This document shows positions 25,669 to 36,500 of a DNA stretch of 64,000 nt, one piece after another. A program made the translations under genes and the position numbers. Location: the IMG/VR virus record IMGVR_UViG_3300000176_000003, positions 1 to 64,000 of that record. One strand, written 5' to 3'. The first letter of the stretch is position 1; every line of letters starts with the position of its first letter. Below the pieces are notes generated by a model that did no database searches, was not told the DNA's origin, and worked only from the letters and a program-made list of their open reading frames with translations. Source of the stretch: a virus. Taxonomy: Duplodnaviria > Heunggongvirae > Uroviricota > Caudoviricetes.

Positions 25669-25702
25669 AATACAGATTTCCTTTTCTCATCGGAGAACTT
25701 TA

Positions 25703-26113
25703 TTGTCTGTTTCTGCATTACAAGCAAATACCATATATTCTGATTTTAACACAAACTTTAATGTTCATCCCATTAAGAAAGACTTAACACGTTTTACTAA
25801 TGAGGAAGCCGTTAAGCGTTCTATCAAGAATATCATACAGACAAATTTTTATGAGCGACCTTTTCAGCCTATGTTTGGATGTAATATACGAGCATACCTA
25901 TTTGAGCTTATTACACCTATTACACTACAGCTTATTAAAAAAGATGTAACCGCAGCAATCAATAACTATGAACCCAGAGCAAATATTTTGGATGTAATTG
26001 TTTCAGTTGCTCCAGATAATAATCAGATTGCCGTATCAGTTACATTTTCTATCATAAATAGTCTACAGCCAACTACAGTAAATGCTACTGTTGCACTGAA
26101 CGGGGTTCGTTAA
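25703..26113 (+). CDS. baseplate wedge protein gp25-like (lysozyme-fold)
   Basis: ...NYEPRANILDVIV...VTFSIIN aligns with T4 gp25 (...NYEPRIDKLAVNV...IRFSVID). Confidence 0.75.
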   Translation: MSVSALQANTIYSDFNTNFNVHPIKKDLTRFTNEEAVKRSIKNIIQTNFYERPFQPMFGCNIRAYLFELITPITLQLIKKDVTAAINNYEPRANILDVIVSVAPDNNQIAVSVTFSIINSLQPTTVNATVALNGVR

Positions 26114-27870
26114 TGTCATCAAATTCTGCTCTTGTCGTATCTTCTCTAGATTTCGATACAATAAAAAATAATTTAAAGACTTTTCTCAAATCTCAAAATC
26201 AATTTGCCGATTACGATTTTGATGGTTCAAATTTATCAGTACTGATTGATTTGCTTTCATATAATACCTATATGAATAACTTCTATACCAATATGGCAAT
26301 CTCTGAATCATTTTTGGATTCTGCACAGATTATGGATTCCGTGGTATCACGAGCCAAAGAGCTTAACTATACTCCCAGATCATACTCATCAGCAGTAGCC
26401 TATATCGATTTTACAATTCAAGCAAATGATAGTCCCTCTGTAATTGTAGTACCAAAGGGAACAGCTTTTAATGCTCGTCTTGATAATAACATCTATACCT
26501 TTACCACAGATCAGAGCGTCCTAGTATATGATCACAATAATTACTCAGCAGCCAATGTGGCAATCTATGAAGGCGTATACGTAACAGAAAGCTTTACAGT
26601 AGATTCATCAGTAACCCAACCACACTACATTCTGAATAATTCACAGATTGATACATCCTCTCTCTCCGTCACAATTCAAAATTCTCAATCAGATACAACT
26701 ACTGTGAATTTTGCACAGGCAACATCAATGCTTGGTTATAATTCTACATCAACAATCTACTTTGTGCAAGCCACAAACAATGGAAAATATGAATTAGTAT
26801 TTGGTGATGGAAATGTCGGCAAGGCCCTACTAAACGGTAATATAATTCAAGCAACATATAGAGTTGCTTCTGGATCAGATGCTACTAAGGCGATTAACTT
26901 TTCACCAGCATCTAGTATTGCTGGATATAGTACCGTAACTGTTACTAGCAATACAGCAGCATTTGGTGGTGCAAATTCTGAATCAATTTCTTCTATCAAG
27001 TATAATGCACCTCGCCATTATCAAACACAAGATAGAGCTATTATTCCAGAAGATTATAAAACTATTCTTAAGGCACATTATCCAGACATTCGTGCTTTAA
27101 ACGTATATGGTGGAGAAAAGATTTATCCTCCTCAGTTTGGTAAAGTATTCATCTCTATTGATTTTAGTAGTTTTGTAGGAATTCCTAATGTAATTGCTGC
27201 AGACGTAGTATCATTCATTAAAACTAAAATGCCTGTAGAAATGAATCCTGTTATTGTATCTCCAGATTATCTTTATGTTTCAGTTGTTGCTACAGCAGAA
27301 TATAATATTAATATATCAGCATTAAGTCCGTCTGATATTAAAGCAGAAATGATTTCTGCTATCAATGGATATAACAATGCAAGCCTAAACAATTTTGATA
27401 TTACATTTAGACACAGTAAGTTGGCTGCAACAATTGATAACGCAGATACATCAATTGTAAGTTCAAACCTAACAACTAATATGATTAAAAGAATTGTTCC
27501 TGCATTAAATACTACAGAACTATATACCATTAATTATAACAATCCAATTGTTCCAAAAACTATGTACTCTTCACTTCTGACCTATAACAACATATCATCA
27601 ATGTTGCAGGATCAAAATGGATTGGGTTATTTAGACCTTATTACAGTTTCGTCCGGGGGAAATATAACAACGGTACTTAGCTCAATTGGTACAATTGATT
27701 ATTCATCAGGAATAGTTAATTTATCTTTACCAGCACTTTCAGATTATGTAGGAAATTACATCAGTCTTTATGTACAACCAACAATTTTGGATTTTGCTGC
27801 AATTAATAATACAGTTTTATTAATCGATCCTGCCGATATCAACGTATCAGTTACCGCAGTAAGAGCATAA
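26113..27870 (+). CDS. baseplate wedge protein gp6-like (baseplate J family)
   Basis: 585 aa, translationally coupled to gp25 (TAATG). Position and size are consistent with gp6. Confidence 0.55.
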   Translation: MSSNSALVVSSLDFDTIKNNLKTFLKSQNQFADYDFDGSNLSVLIDLLSYNTYMNNFYTNMAISESFLDSAQIMDSVVSRAKELNYTPRSYSSAVAYIDFTIQANDSPSVIVVPKGTAFNARLDNNIYTFTTDQSVLVYDHNNYSAANVAIYEGVYVTESFTVDSSVTQPHYILNNSQIDTSSLSVTIQNSQSDTTTVNFAQATSMLGYNSTSTIYFVQATNNGKYELVFGDGNVGKALLNGNIIQATYRVASGSDATKAINFSPASSIAGYSTVTVTSNTAAFGGANSESISSIKYNAPRHYQTQDRAIIPEDYKTILKAHYPDIRALNVYGGEKIYPPQFGKVFISIDFSSFVGIPNVIAADVVSFIKTKMPVEMNPVIVSPDYLYVSVVATAEYNINISALSPSDIKAEMISAINGYNNASLNNFDITFRHSKLAATIDNADTSIVSSNLTTNMIKRIVPALNTTELYTINYNNPIVPKTMYSSLLTYNNISSMLQDQNGLGYLDLITVSSGGNITTVLSSIGTIDYSSGIVNLSLPALSDYVGNYISLYVQPTILDFAAINNTVLLIDPADINVSVTAVRA

Positions 27871-27871
27871 C

Positions 27872-30832
27872 ATGGCATTAAATATTGAAAAAGATATTGC
27901 AAATCTAGTTCAAAGCCAATTTCCTGAGTTTTATTACTCGGATGGACCAGAATTTGTTGCATTTGTTAAGGCTTATTATGAATTTTTAGATGCTGGTGGT
28001 TCAGAATCTAGAGAAATACTATCTTATAGAGATATAGATACTACTTTAGATCAATTTGTATCGAAATTTCAAGCAGAATATTTAACAGGTATTCCAGCAA
28101 AGACTGCTGCATCAAAATCAACTCTTGTAAAACACATTCAAGATTTATATAAGGCAAAAGGAAGTACAGATTCTTTCAAATTACTATTCAGTCTAGTATT
28201 TGGAGATGATATTGAAGTATATAATCCATTTACAGATGTTATCAAGCCTTCTGATGGCATATGGCGTATTCCACAATACTTAGAATGTACTGTTTCATAT
28301 AGAACCGTAGAATTTATTGGTACTCAAATTACTGGTGCTACTTCTGGAGCTACTGCTTTCGTAGAAAATATTACTCGAAAAAATATTAATGGTAGATTTA
28401 TTGATGTTGTCTATCTTTCAAATATTGTGGGTGAATTCCAGACCAATGAATATATCACTAATACAAATAGTTTAATTGATGCTCCACAAGTAACTGGGTC
28501 TTTAAATAATATTATTATTACTGAAGGTGGTGCAAACAATAAAATTGGTGACTTGTTTAATATTTATGGGCCTGAAGGTCTTGGTGGACAAGCTATTGTA
28601 AGAGCCACAATCTCTGGGACCGGAAAAGTTGCGTTTAATTTAATTAATGGCGGATATGGTTATGAGACAAACTCTTCAATTCTTATATCTAATGCAGTAA
28701 TTGGTTATGCCAATAGTACAGGAACAATTATTCCTCTTATGTCTGTTGTACAACCGCTTCAAAGTATATACTATCAAAATTTAAACGTTGGATCATTTGC
28801 AAATCTTTTGCCTGTAACCGGCTATAATTCTAATAACCTATCACTTCCAGTAGCTACCGGATATGTTGTAGGCGTTCTTCCTATTAGTAATACAACAGGA
28901 AATTTAGTTATTAGTACAACAAGTGGTATCTGGAATAATGCAAACGGAACTATTGTTGTTACTAGCAACAACGCAGTAAATGCAACTATTCATACATATT
29001 CTAATGTATCTGCTCATGCTACAGTTGTTGGAGCAAACGTAGCATTTATGGGACTTTCTAGTATTTCTGGAACACTATACCCAGAGGCTTCATTGCTATT
29101 TTATATTGGTCAACCAGTCGGGCTTGTTACTACAAATACAAATACAAATATTGTAATGGGAAATACTGCTAATTTTACTTATCCACAAATAAATGCGGGT
29201 GATAATTTATATTTTAGAGCAAATAATGGATTTATTGGAGTAGTAAATTCAGTAACAAACTCCTCATATCTAACCCTTTTATCTAACTCAAATTATAATG
29301 TTTCTAATAATACTGTTTGGCGCACCTTTGTAACAGGAGCAGCCAATACTGGAGCAGTTTATAATACTGGTTCTGGAGCCACATTTAATATTGGTACATT
29401 AATAAACCAAGAAACAATTGTCTCGCAACCAGATGTTCTTATTGGAAACAATTCTTCTGCTATTGCAATTTTAGACTTACTAATTAGTGGAAGCAATTCT
29501 GGACAACCAACAAGAAGATTTTCTACAGCAAGCGGAACAATTACTTGCAATACGGCAAATGTTATTGTTACGGGTTCTGGAACTCAATTTACAAACACAC
29601 AACAAGGATTTGGCATTGGTAGTACGCTTAATGCACCTAATGGTTCTTCAGTAGGTATCATTAATACTATTGTAAGTAATACTATTTTATATCTATCATC
29701 TAATGCTTCTATTAATTTAACATCAAATCAATGTACTTGTAATACCACAGAATATGGATTTTCTGGAGATGGCACAATTGGTTATTTAAATGGTCTTATT
29801 ATAGATGCATTAACAACTAATACAACTATTATTGGAACTATACAATCTCTATCTGCAGTTAATCCGGGTTCCAATTATAATGCTGCACCATTTACATATA
29901 TCTATGATAAAAATACCGCTGCATATAATTACAAAGATGTATTTTTAGATCTTTCATCTACAAACTTTAATTTTAGTCCTGGCCAAGCAATTTTTGAACA
30001 AACAACAGTATCTTCTACATTATTAATATTACATACAAATAGCGGTGGATCATTTAAGGTTGGTGAAGGCATTATTCAAGCCACTACTGGAGCTACGGGT
30101 GTTGTAACAGCAAAAACCACAAATACATTGACTATAACAGTATTATCTGGAACATTCTTAACTACATATTCTATTACTGGGCAATCTACACATACTACAG
30201 ATACTGTAGATACTGTAACAACAACCTCTTCACCAGTTCTAGCTAAAGGATTGATTAAAAGCGTATCTTCCAATACAATTTCTGTGCGTAGACAATCATT
30301 TAATTATGCATTTAGTAATAATTCGCAAGTCTATAGCCAAGATTCTCTAGGAACTCGATTCGGTAATGGTTATATCAATACAGTTTCATCAGATTATACA
30401 AGTAATACTTGGATGGGATTCAATGCTGTAATTACTGACAATGTGGTTACCGCTAATGCTATTGCTACTACATTACAAGTATTATCTTCTGGTTATGGAT
30501 ATCCTAATGGTGCTTCTCTAGTTCTTACTGGTGTAACAAATGCTAATGCTCAAGATATTTTTGGTACCGCTAGTGTAGAACATCAGGGTATTGCAAATGG
30601 ATATTGGGAAAATACAAACGGCCAATTAAACTCTAATAAATATATTCACGACAACCAATATTATCAAGAGTATTCCTACGAAATTCAAACTAAACTATCA
30701 TTGAACAAGTATTCTGATATGGTAAAAAAACTTGTTCACGTTGCGGGAACCGAATTATTTGGTAAAGCAATTATTAAATCTGAATTAAACGCACCATTAA
30801 ATACACCGGGGGTTAGTATTACAATATCATGA
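27872..30832 (+). CDS. baseplate wedge protein gp7-like
   Basis: The N-terminal region FPEFYYSDGPEFVAFVKAYYEFL...KAKGSTDSFKLLFSLVFGDDIEVYNP resembles the conserved T4 gp7 segment FEAFCEAYIQYL...STKGIEASYKFLFKVLYNEEVEIE. Confidence 0.55.
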   Translation: MALNIEKDIANLVQSQFPEFYYSDGPEFVAFVKAYYEFLDAGGSESREILSYRDIDTTLDQFVSKFQAEYLTGIPAKTAASKSTLVKHIQDLYKAKGSTDSFKLLFSLVFGDDIEVYNPFTDVIKPSDGIWRIPQYLECTVSYRTVEFIGTQITGATSGATAFVENITRKNINGRFIDVVYLSNIVGEFQTNEYITNTNSLIDAPQVTGSLNNIIITEGGANNKIGDLFNIYGPEGLGGQAIVRATISGTGKVAFNLINGGYGYETNSSILISNAVIGYANSTGTIIPLMSVVQPLQSIYYQNLNVGSFANLLPVTGYNSNNLSLPVATGYVVGVLPISNTTGNLVISTTSGIWNNANGTIVVTSNNAVNATIHTYSNVSAHATVVGANVAFMGLSSISGTLYPEASLLFYIGQPVGLVTTNTNTNIVMGNTANFTYPQINAGDNLYFRANNGFIGVVNSVTNSSYLTLLSNSNYNVSNNTVWRTFVTGAANTGAVYNTGSGATFNIGTLINQETIVSQPDVLIGNNSSAIAILDLLISGSNSGQPTRRFSTASGTITCNTANVIVTGSGTQFTNTQQGFGIGSTLNAPNGSSVGIINTIVSNTILYLSSNASINLTSNQCTCNTTEYGFSGDGTIGYLNGLIIDALTTNTTIIGTIQSLSAVNPGSNYNAAPFTYIYDKNTAAYNYKDVFLDLSSTNFNFSPGQAIFEQTTVSSTLLILHTNSGGSFKVGEGIIQATTGATGVVTAKTTNTLTITVLSGTFLTTYSITGQSTHTTDTVDTVTTTSSPVLAKGLIKSVSSNTISVRRQSFNYAFSNNSQVYSQDSLGTRFGNGYINTVSSDYTSNTWMGFNAVITDNVVTANAIATTLQVLSSGYGYPNGASLVLTGVTNANAQDIFGTASVEHQGIANGYWENTNGQLNSNKYIHDNQYYQEYSYEIQTKLSLNKYSDMVKKLVHVAGTELFGKAIIKSELNAPLNTPGVSITIS

Positions 30833-33537
30833 CTGTAGTCAGCAATACAAAATTATTTAATGTTAGAACCTCTATTGATTATTACAATCCTATTAAGGAT
30901 ATAGCGAATACTCAATATTACGTTTTTGCGGCAACTCCTGGTTCAGGTCTTGCACTAAACAAACTTTCTGGAACAGTAACTTGTAATACAGCAAATAATT
31001 TGGTAGCAACATCGGTCGATGTGTCTTCAAATATTTCAAATGGATATTATCTGTATCAGACTGATGCTGTATTATTAGGAACTGTCTTAACTGTCAATAG
31101 TACATTTATTACTCTTACTACACCAGCAACATCAAATTTAATTACAAATAGCATATATTATGCAGTATCATCTCCAGCATTAATAAATGAATCAGTTAAT
31201 AACGTAGAATATAATTTGTTTGAACAAATGATTTTTGGTAAAATTATTACACCATCAAATTTATCTATGATGATTAATAGATATGATTGGATATCTGGCA
31301 CAGTTTATGCAAAATATGATGATAAAGATAATGATTTATATTCAAAGAACTTTTTTGTATCATCATTTGATGGTACAAATTATAATATTTTTAAATGCAT
31401 TGATAATGCTGGCGGTTCTCCTTCTACACATAAACCATTACTTGTAGAAACTTCTGCTGTTGATGATTTATATACAAATCCTACAGATGGCTATACTTGG
31501 AAGTATATGTATACTGTAGATGGTACAACATATAATAATTTTACTACAGCATCTTACATTCCAATCGTCGCTAATAGTATTGTTACTCAATTTGCTGTCA
31601 ATGGCGCATTAGACTCGATTACTATAGATATTGGTGGTAATAATTATGTTTCTTATGCAACAGGATATTTTAATTCAGTTTCTGTTGGTGGTAATACGCA
31701 AGTATTAGCTCTAGCTAACGGGTCATCTGGTAATGTTGGATTCTATACTGGTTCTGCACTTTATATTAATTCTGGAACTGGTGCTGGTCAAATTCAGCCA
31801 ATCATTAACTACCAAGTAACTCCAGACCAATATCTAGTAACAACACAAAATGCATTTAATCCTTTACCAGATTTTACTTCAAATTATACAATTGCACCAA
31901 ATGTAGTTATTCTTGGGGATGGAACTGGCGCTAAAGCAATTTCTGTGGTTAATACTCAAAGCCAATCTATTTCTAATATTAAAATTATAGATAGAGGTTC
32001 TGGATATACCTACGCAAATGTAAATGTAATTGGTAATACAGGAAGTCTTGTTGCAAATAGTGCAGTTGCTAGAGCGATTATTTCACCCAGAGGTGGACAT
32101 GGGGCAAATGTATATTCAGAATTAAATGCGAATAAAGTTGGTATCAGTGTTACCTTTTCCAATAATGAGAATGGTACAATTTCTACTAATAATGAATATT
32201 CTACAGTTGGTGTTTTAAAGGCTCCTTTATTTGCAAATGTTCAATTGACTTATAATACTGCAAATGGAGCATTTAGTCCTGGCGAAAATGTAATTGAATA
32301 TATTGGTTCCGTAAATACTTCTATGGACACTTACACAAGCCTTCTAAAACAATTTACCTATAATATAGGAAATTACATTACTATTAAAACAAATGAAAAT
32401 TCTGTGGCCTTTGCAGTAAATACACAAATTTATCAAGTAACGCCTGCTGCAAATGGAACTGTTATTTTTGTAAATGCTAATACTGCAATCATAAGGCAAG
32501 ATGTTGGAAATTTTGTTCCTACAGGGTCTATTTTAGCTTTAGCAAATAATCTACAAAATAATACAATATATTCAACTAATTCAGGATTTACAACTGCAGT
32601 ATTTGGTTTAGATTCAGCAAACAATTTATTTGCCGCAAATAGTACAACTACAGTTTCAGTACAAATTAATGGAAAAAGTATTTTAAGTCATACAGTAGTT
32701 CCTTCAAATACTACGGCTCAAAACTATACATCAAATTCTACAGCAATTCAATTTTATAATACAACATTATCTAATACAGACGTTGTATCAATATCAGAAT
32801 ATATTACAACTACAATGTTATCAAATGTACAACATTCTGCTACCGGAACATTTATCACAAGTAATGGTACTGTTATGCAATTGACTAATGTAAAGGGCCA
32901 ATTTATATCTAATAATACAATTTTAGGAGCTTTAACTTCTGCTACAGCAAATGTCACATTAGTATCTCAACCAACAACGGCATTCAACCAGACATTGAAG
33001 TTAACTGGGCAATATACAACAGTAAACCAGTTTTCTTTAAATCAATATGTACAACAAGGTCTTCCTGGAAATGGTGGAGCTTTTGGATACTTACAAGATA
33101 TCAGACCAACTACTGGTTATGTAACATGTAATACAGTAAGTAATTTAGTTACTGGAACAAATACAAACTTTACTTCTATTGCAACTGGAAGCAAACTTAA
33201 AGTTACTGCAAATTCATTTTTAATTGGAACAGTGTTAAGTGTATCTAATGATACAACCATCACATTGACCAGTAATGCTACAGCAAACTTAACGAATACT
33301 TCTGTTACATTTACAGAATATGATTTCTATTTGATCGGTGTAAAAGGAACTTTTTATGTTGGACCAAATGACCAACTTCAGTCATCGGATGCAAGTATTA
33401 TATCCACTGTTACAGGATTGAAAGCACCAGATTTGGTACCATATACTGGTGAAATAATATATGCTGAAAATATTGTTCCTATTACTAGATCAAACAACCA
33501 AACCGAAACAATTAAATTGGTAATTCAATTTTTTTAA
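30829..33537 (+). CDS. large baseplate/structural protein
   Basis: 902 aa, Thr/Asn/Ser-rich and beta-rich. ATGA-coupled to the gp7-like gene. Confidence 0.5.
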   Translation: MTVVSNTKLFNVRTSIDYYNPIKDIANTQYYVFAATPGSGLALNKLSGTVTCNTANNLVATSVDVSSNISNGYYLYQTDAVLLGTVLTVNSTFITLTTPATSNLITNSIYYAVSSPALINESVNNVEYNLFEQMIFGKIITPSNLSMMINRYDWISGTVYAKYDDKDNDLYSKNFFVSSFDGTNYNIFKCIDNAGGSPSTHKPLLVETSAVDDLYTNPTDGYTWKYMYTVDGTTYNNFTTASYIPIVANSIVTQFAVNGALDSITIDIGGNNYVSYATGYFNSVSVGGNTQVLALANGSSGNVGFYTGSALYINSGTGAGQIQPIINYQVTPDQYLVTTQNAFNPLPDFTSNYTIAPNVVILGDGTGAKAISVVNTQSQSISNIKIIDRGSGYTYANVNVIGNTGSLVANSAVARAIISPRGGHGANVYSELNANKVGISVTFSNNENGTISTNNEYSTVGVLKAPLFANVQLTYNTANGAFSPGENVIEYIGSVNTSMDTYTSLLKQFTYNIGNYITIKTNENSVAFAVNTQIYQVTPAANGTVIFVNANTAIIRQDVGNFVPTGSILALANNLQNNTIYSTNSGFTTAVFGLDSANNLFAANSTTTVSVQINGKSILSHTVVPSNTTAQNYTSNSTAIQFYNTTLSNTDVVSISEYITTTMLSNVQHSATGTFITSNGTVMQLTNVKGQFISNNTILGALTSATANVTLVSQPTTAFNQTLKLTGQYTTVNQFSLNQYVQQGLPGNGGAFGYLQDIRPTTGYVTCNTVSNLVTGTNTNFTSIATGSKLKVTANSFLIGTVLSVSNDTTITLTSNATANLTNTSVTFTEYDFYLIGVKGTFYVGPNDQLQSSDASIISTVTGLKAPDLVPYTGEIIYAENIVPITRSNNQTETIKLVIQFF

Positions 33538-33572
33538 TAAATAAATTATAGTTGATATTATAAAGGACCGCC

Positions 33573-36500
33573 ATGCCTCTGGATACTAATTTAAATGTTT
33601 CACCATTCTTTGATGATTTTTATGCCGCAAATGGTGCGCAAAATAACAATTATCATAGAATTTTGTTCAGACCTTCTGTAGCTATACAAGCGCGTGAACT
33701 AACACAACTACAAACAATTTTACAAAATCAGGTTGAGCGTTTTGGTGATAGTATTTTTGTTGAAGGTACGATTATTAAGGGATGCAACTTCCTTTATGAT
33801 AACCAATACTATTATGCAAAGATTTCTGACACACGTATTGATGGAGAACCAACAAATCCAGATCAATATGTTAATACTCGTGTAGTATGCCCAGCATCAA
33901 ATCTACAAGCTATTGTAGTAAATTCCGTTCAAGGGTTACAATCACAAGCACCAGACTTAAATACAATCTTTATTAAGTATATCAATTCGGGTAATGGGCA
34001 ATCTCAATTTTCACCAACAGATACCTTAAATTTTTATACAAATACAAACCCTAATGATACAGCAAGTATTGTTACAGCATATTCAGTAACAATCGTCAAT
34101 AATTCTATTTCGGGAAATAGTTCTAGTCCTGCTGTAGGAACTGGCTATTCCTTTAGAGTAACTGATGGTATTGTTTTCCAAAAAGGATTCTTTATTGATG
34201 TCGCAAACTCCACATCAGTAGTCGTATCTAAATATTCAAATGCACCAAATAATGTAGTAGTTGGATTTGATATCCAAGAGAATATTATTAATGAGTTGCA
34301 GGATAATTCATTATATGATAATGCGGCTGGATTTACAAACCAAAATGCTCCTGGCGCAGAACGCCTACAATTAATTCCAACTCTTGTTGTTGCAAATACA
34401 GATGCTCTTCCATCAAACAACTTTTTCTCTCTAGTAGAATGGCAAAATGGAAGTATTGTTCGTTCATCTCAACAAACCGAATACTCTTCTCTTGGACGCG
34501 AACTAGCCCGTAGAACATATGAAGAATCTGGAAATTATGTGGTAAATCCGTTCTCATTGTCTACAGAATCTATTGTTGGAAACACAACAAGTCTAAATCT
34601 AGTAACCAGTTCTGGACTAGCATATGTAGATGGTTATCGCGTAGAATTACTCAACAATCTAAGAATTCCAGTTCGCCAAGGAAATGATACCAGAACGGTA
34701 TCTAATCAAACTTTGTCAGTATCTTATGGAAATTATGTTTTAGTTCAAGAATTTGTTGGTAATTTTGCATCAAATATTGGTGCTACAATATCTCTTCGTG
34801 ATACTGCATTACAAGCATTAACAAATAATACATTTACACCAATATCTGCTGGGTCTGAAATTGGACAGGCTAAACTATTGGCTGTAGAATTAATATCTGG
34901 TATTGCTGGAACATATAATGCACAATATGCATTATATCTAGGCGATATTACTATGAATTCTGGACAGAATTTTGCAAGTGTAAAATCAATTTATTATAGT
35001 GGAGCCACATCTGGTGCTGCGGACACCGTTTTGGTTGGTGGATTAGCAACATTAAATGAAACAAATTTTAGCAGTTTAGTATTCGACACAACTAAAATAG
35101 CACTCAAAACACTTAGAAACAATTCGATTAATAACAACCAATATATTTACAGAACTATTTCTACCGGAGTAACTATTGCCAATACTGGTGTTATGGGGTC
35201 TATAAACAAAAGTGGCTCTGAGCAATTTGCTTATGGTTCTGGATCTTTAGATAGTATAGTAAAACAAAATATTTTAGTAATCCCAACTACTTCTGCGAAT
35301 GTAGTGAATACAGGAATTTCGGGCACAGTTACCGCATCAAATACTGCAGGGAATACTCAAGTTGTTGGTTCAAGCACACTTTTCACAACTACATATGCCA
35401 TTGGTGATTATATTAATGTTAATGGTCAACCAAGACAAGTCGTTTCTATTTCTAATAATACTCTTTTAAATGTTAATGCACCATTTACTGGTGCGCAACC
35501 AACTTCAAATACACACAACAAGTATTATCCTGCTTACGTTCCAATCCCAATTGCTTCAAGACCAACTAAAGTAAATATTGCATCATCTAATAGTATGACA
35601 ATTACTCTTGTATCTGCCAATGGCGCACAAGAAACTCTGTCTTCAGCATTAACAGGAACAATCGTACACTATGATGTTCGAGTTAGTTCTGCGCCAGAAA
35701 TCAGTAAGAAAGTAAATAATAATATTGTTGTTCTATTTGATACTGCATATAATAATCCAGGTTCAGGAACACTTTCATGTAATTTGACAAGCAATACAGT
35801 AACTGGAACTAACACATTCTTCCAAAGAGATGTATACCCAGGTTATACTTTAAAGTTGGCAAATGGTTCTAGTGTTGGAACTGTCAATAGCGTTATTTCA
35901 AATACTTCATTAACATTGTCTACATCAAATGCTGCAATTGCTGCAACAACAAATGCGTACACGTATACTGCTGTCAACGTATCAAATACAACTGGGCCTT
36001 GGGTTCTAGGTGTTCCCGATGCATATAAGATTAATGCAGTATATAAAGGTATTACCTTTGCAAATACATTAGTTTCTGGTGTAACAGATTCTACAACTTT
36101 ATTTAGTCTGGATAGTGGACAAAGGGATGCTGTATACGATCTATCGACTATCAATCTACGTCCAGGTTCTGGAGGATTTGTAAAATCGGGCGACAAAATT
36201 TCAGTCGTATTTAATGCATTCACTTCAACTACAGGCACTGGTCATGGATATTTTTCAGTAGATTCATACCCAATTGATGATGCAAACACAGCTAATACAT
36301 CAGCTATTCAAACAATTCAAATTCCAAGATATACATCAACTACTGGTCAAATATTAGATCTACGTGATGCTATCGATTTTAGGCCTGTAGTAAAAAATAC
36401 TGCAGTATATGCGACTACTGTTGCAACAGCATCAATCAATCCACAAAATACTCAAACATTTTCTGGATCAGAACTTTATATCGCAACACCAAATCAATTA

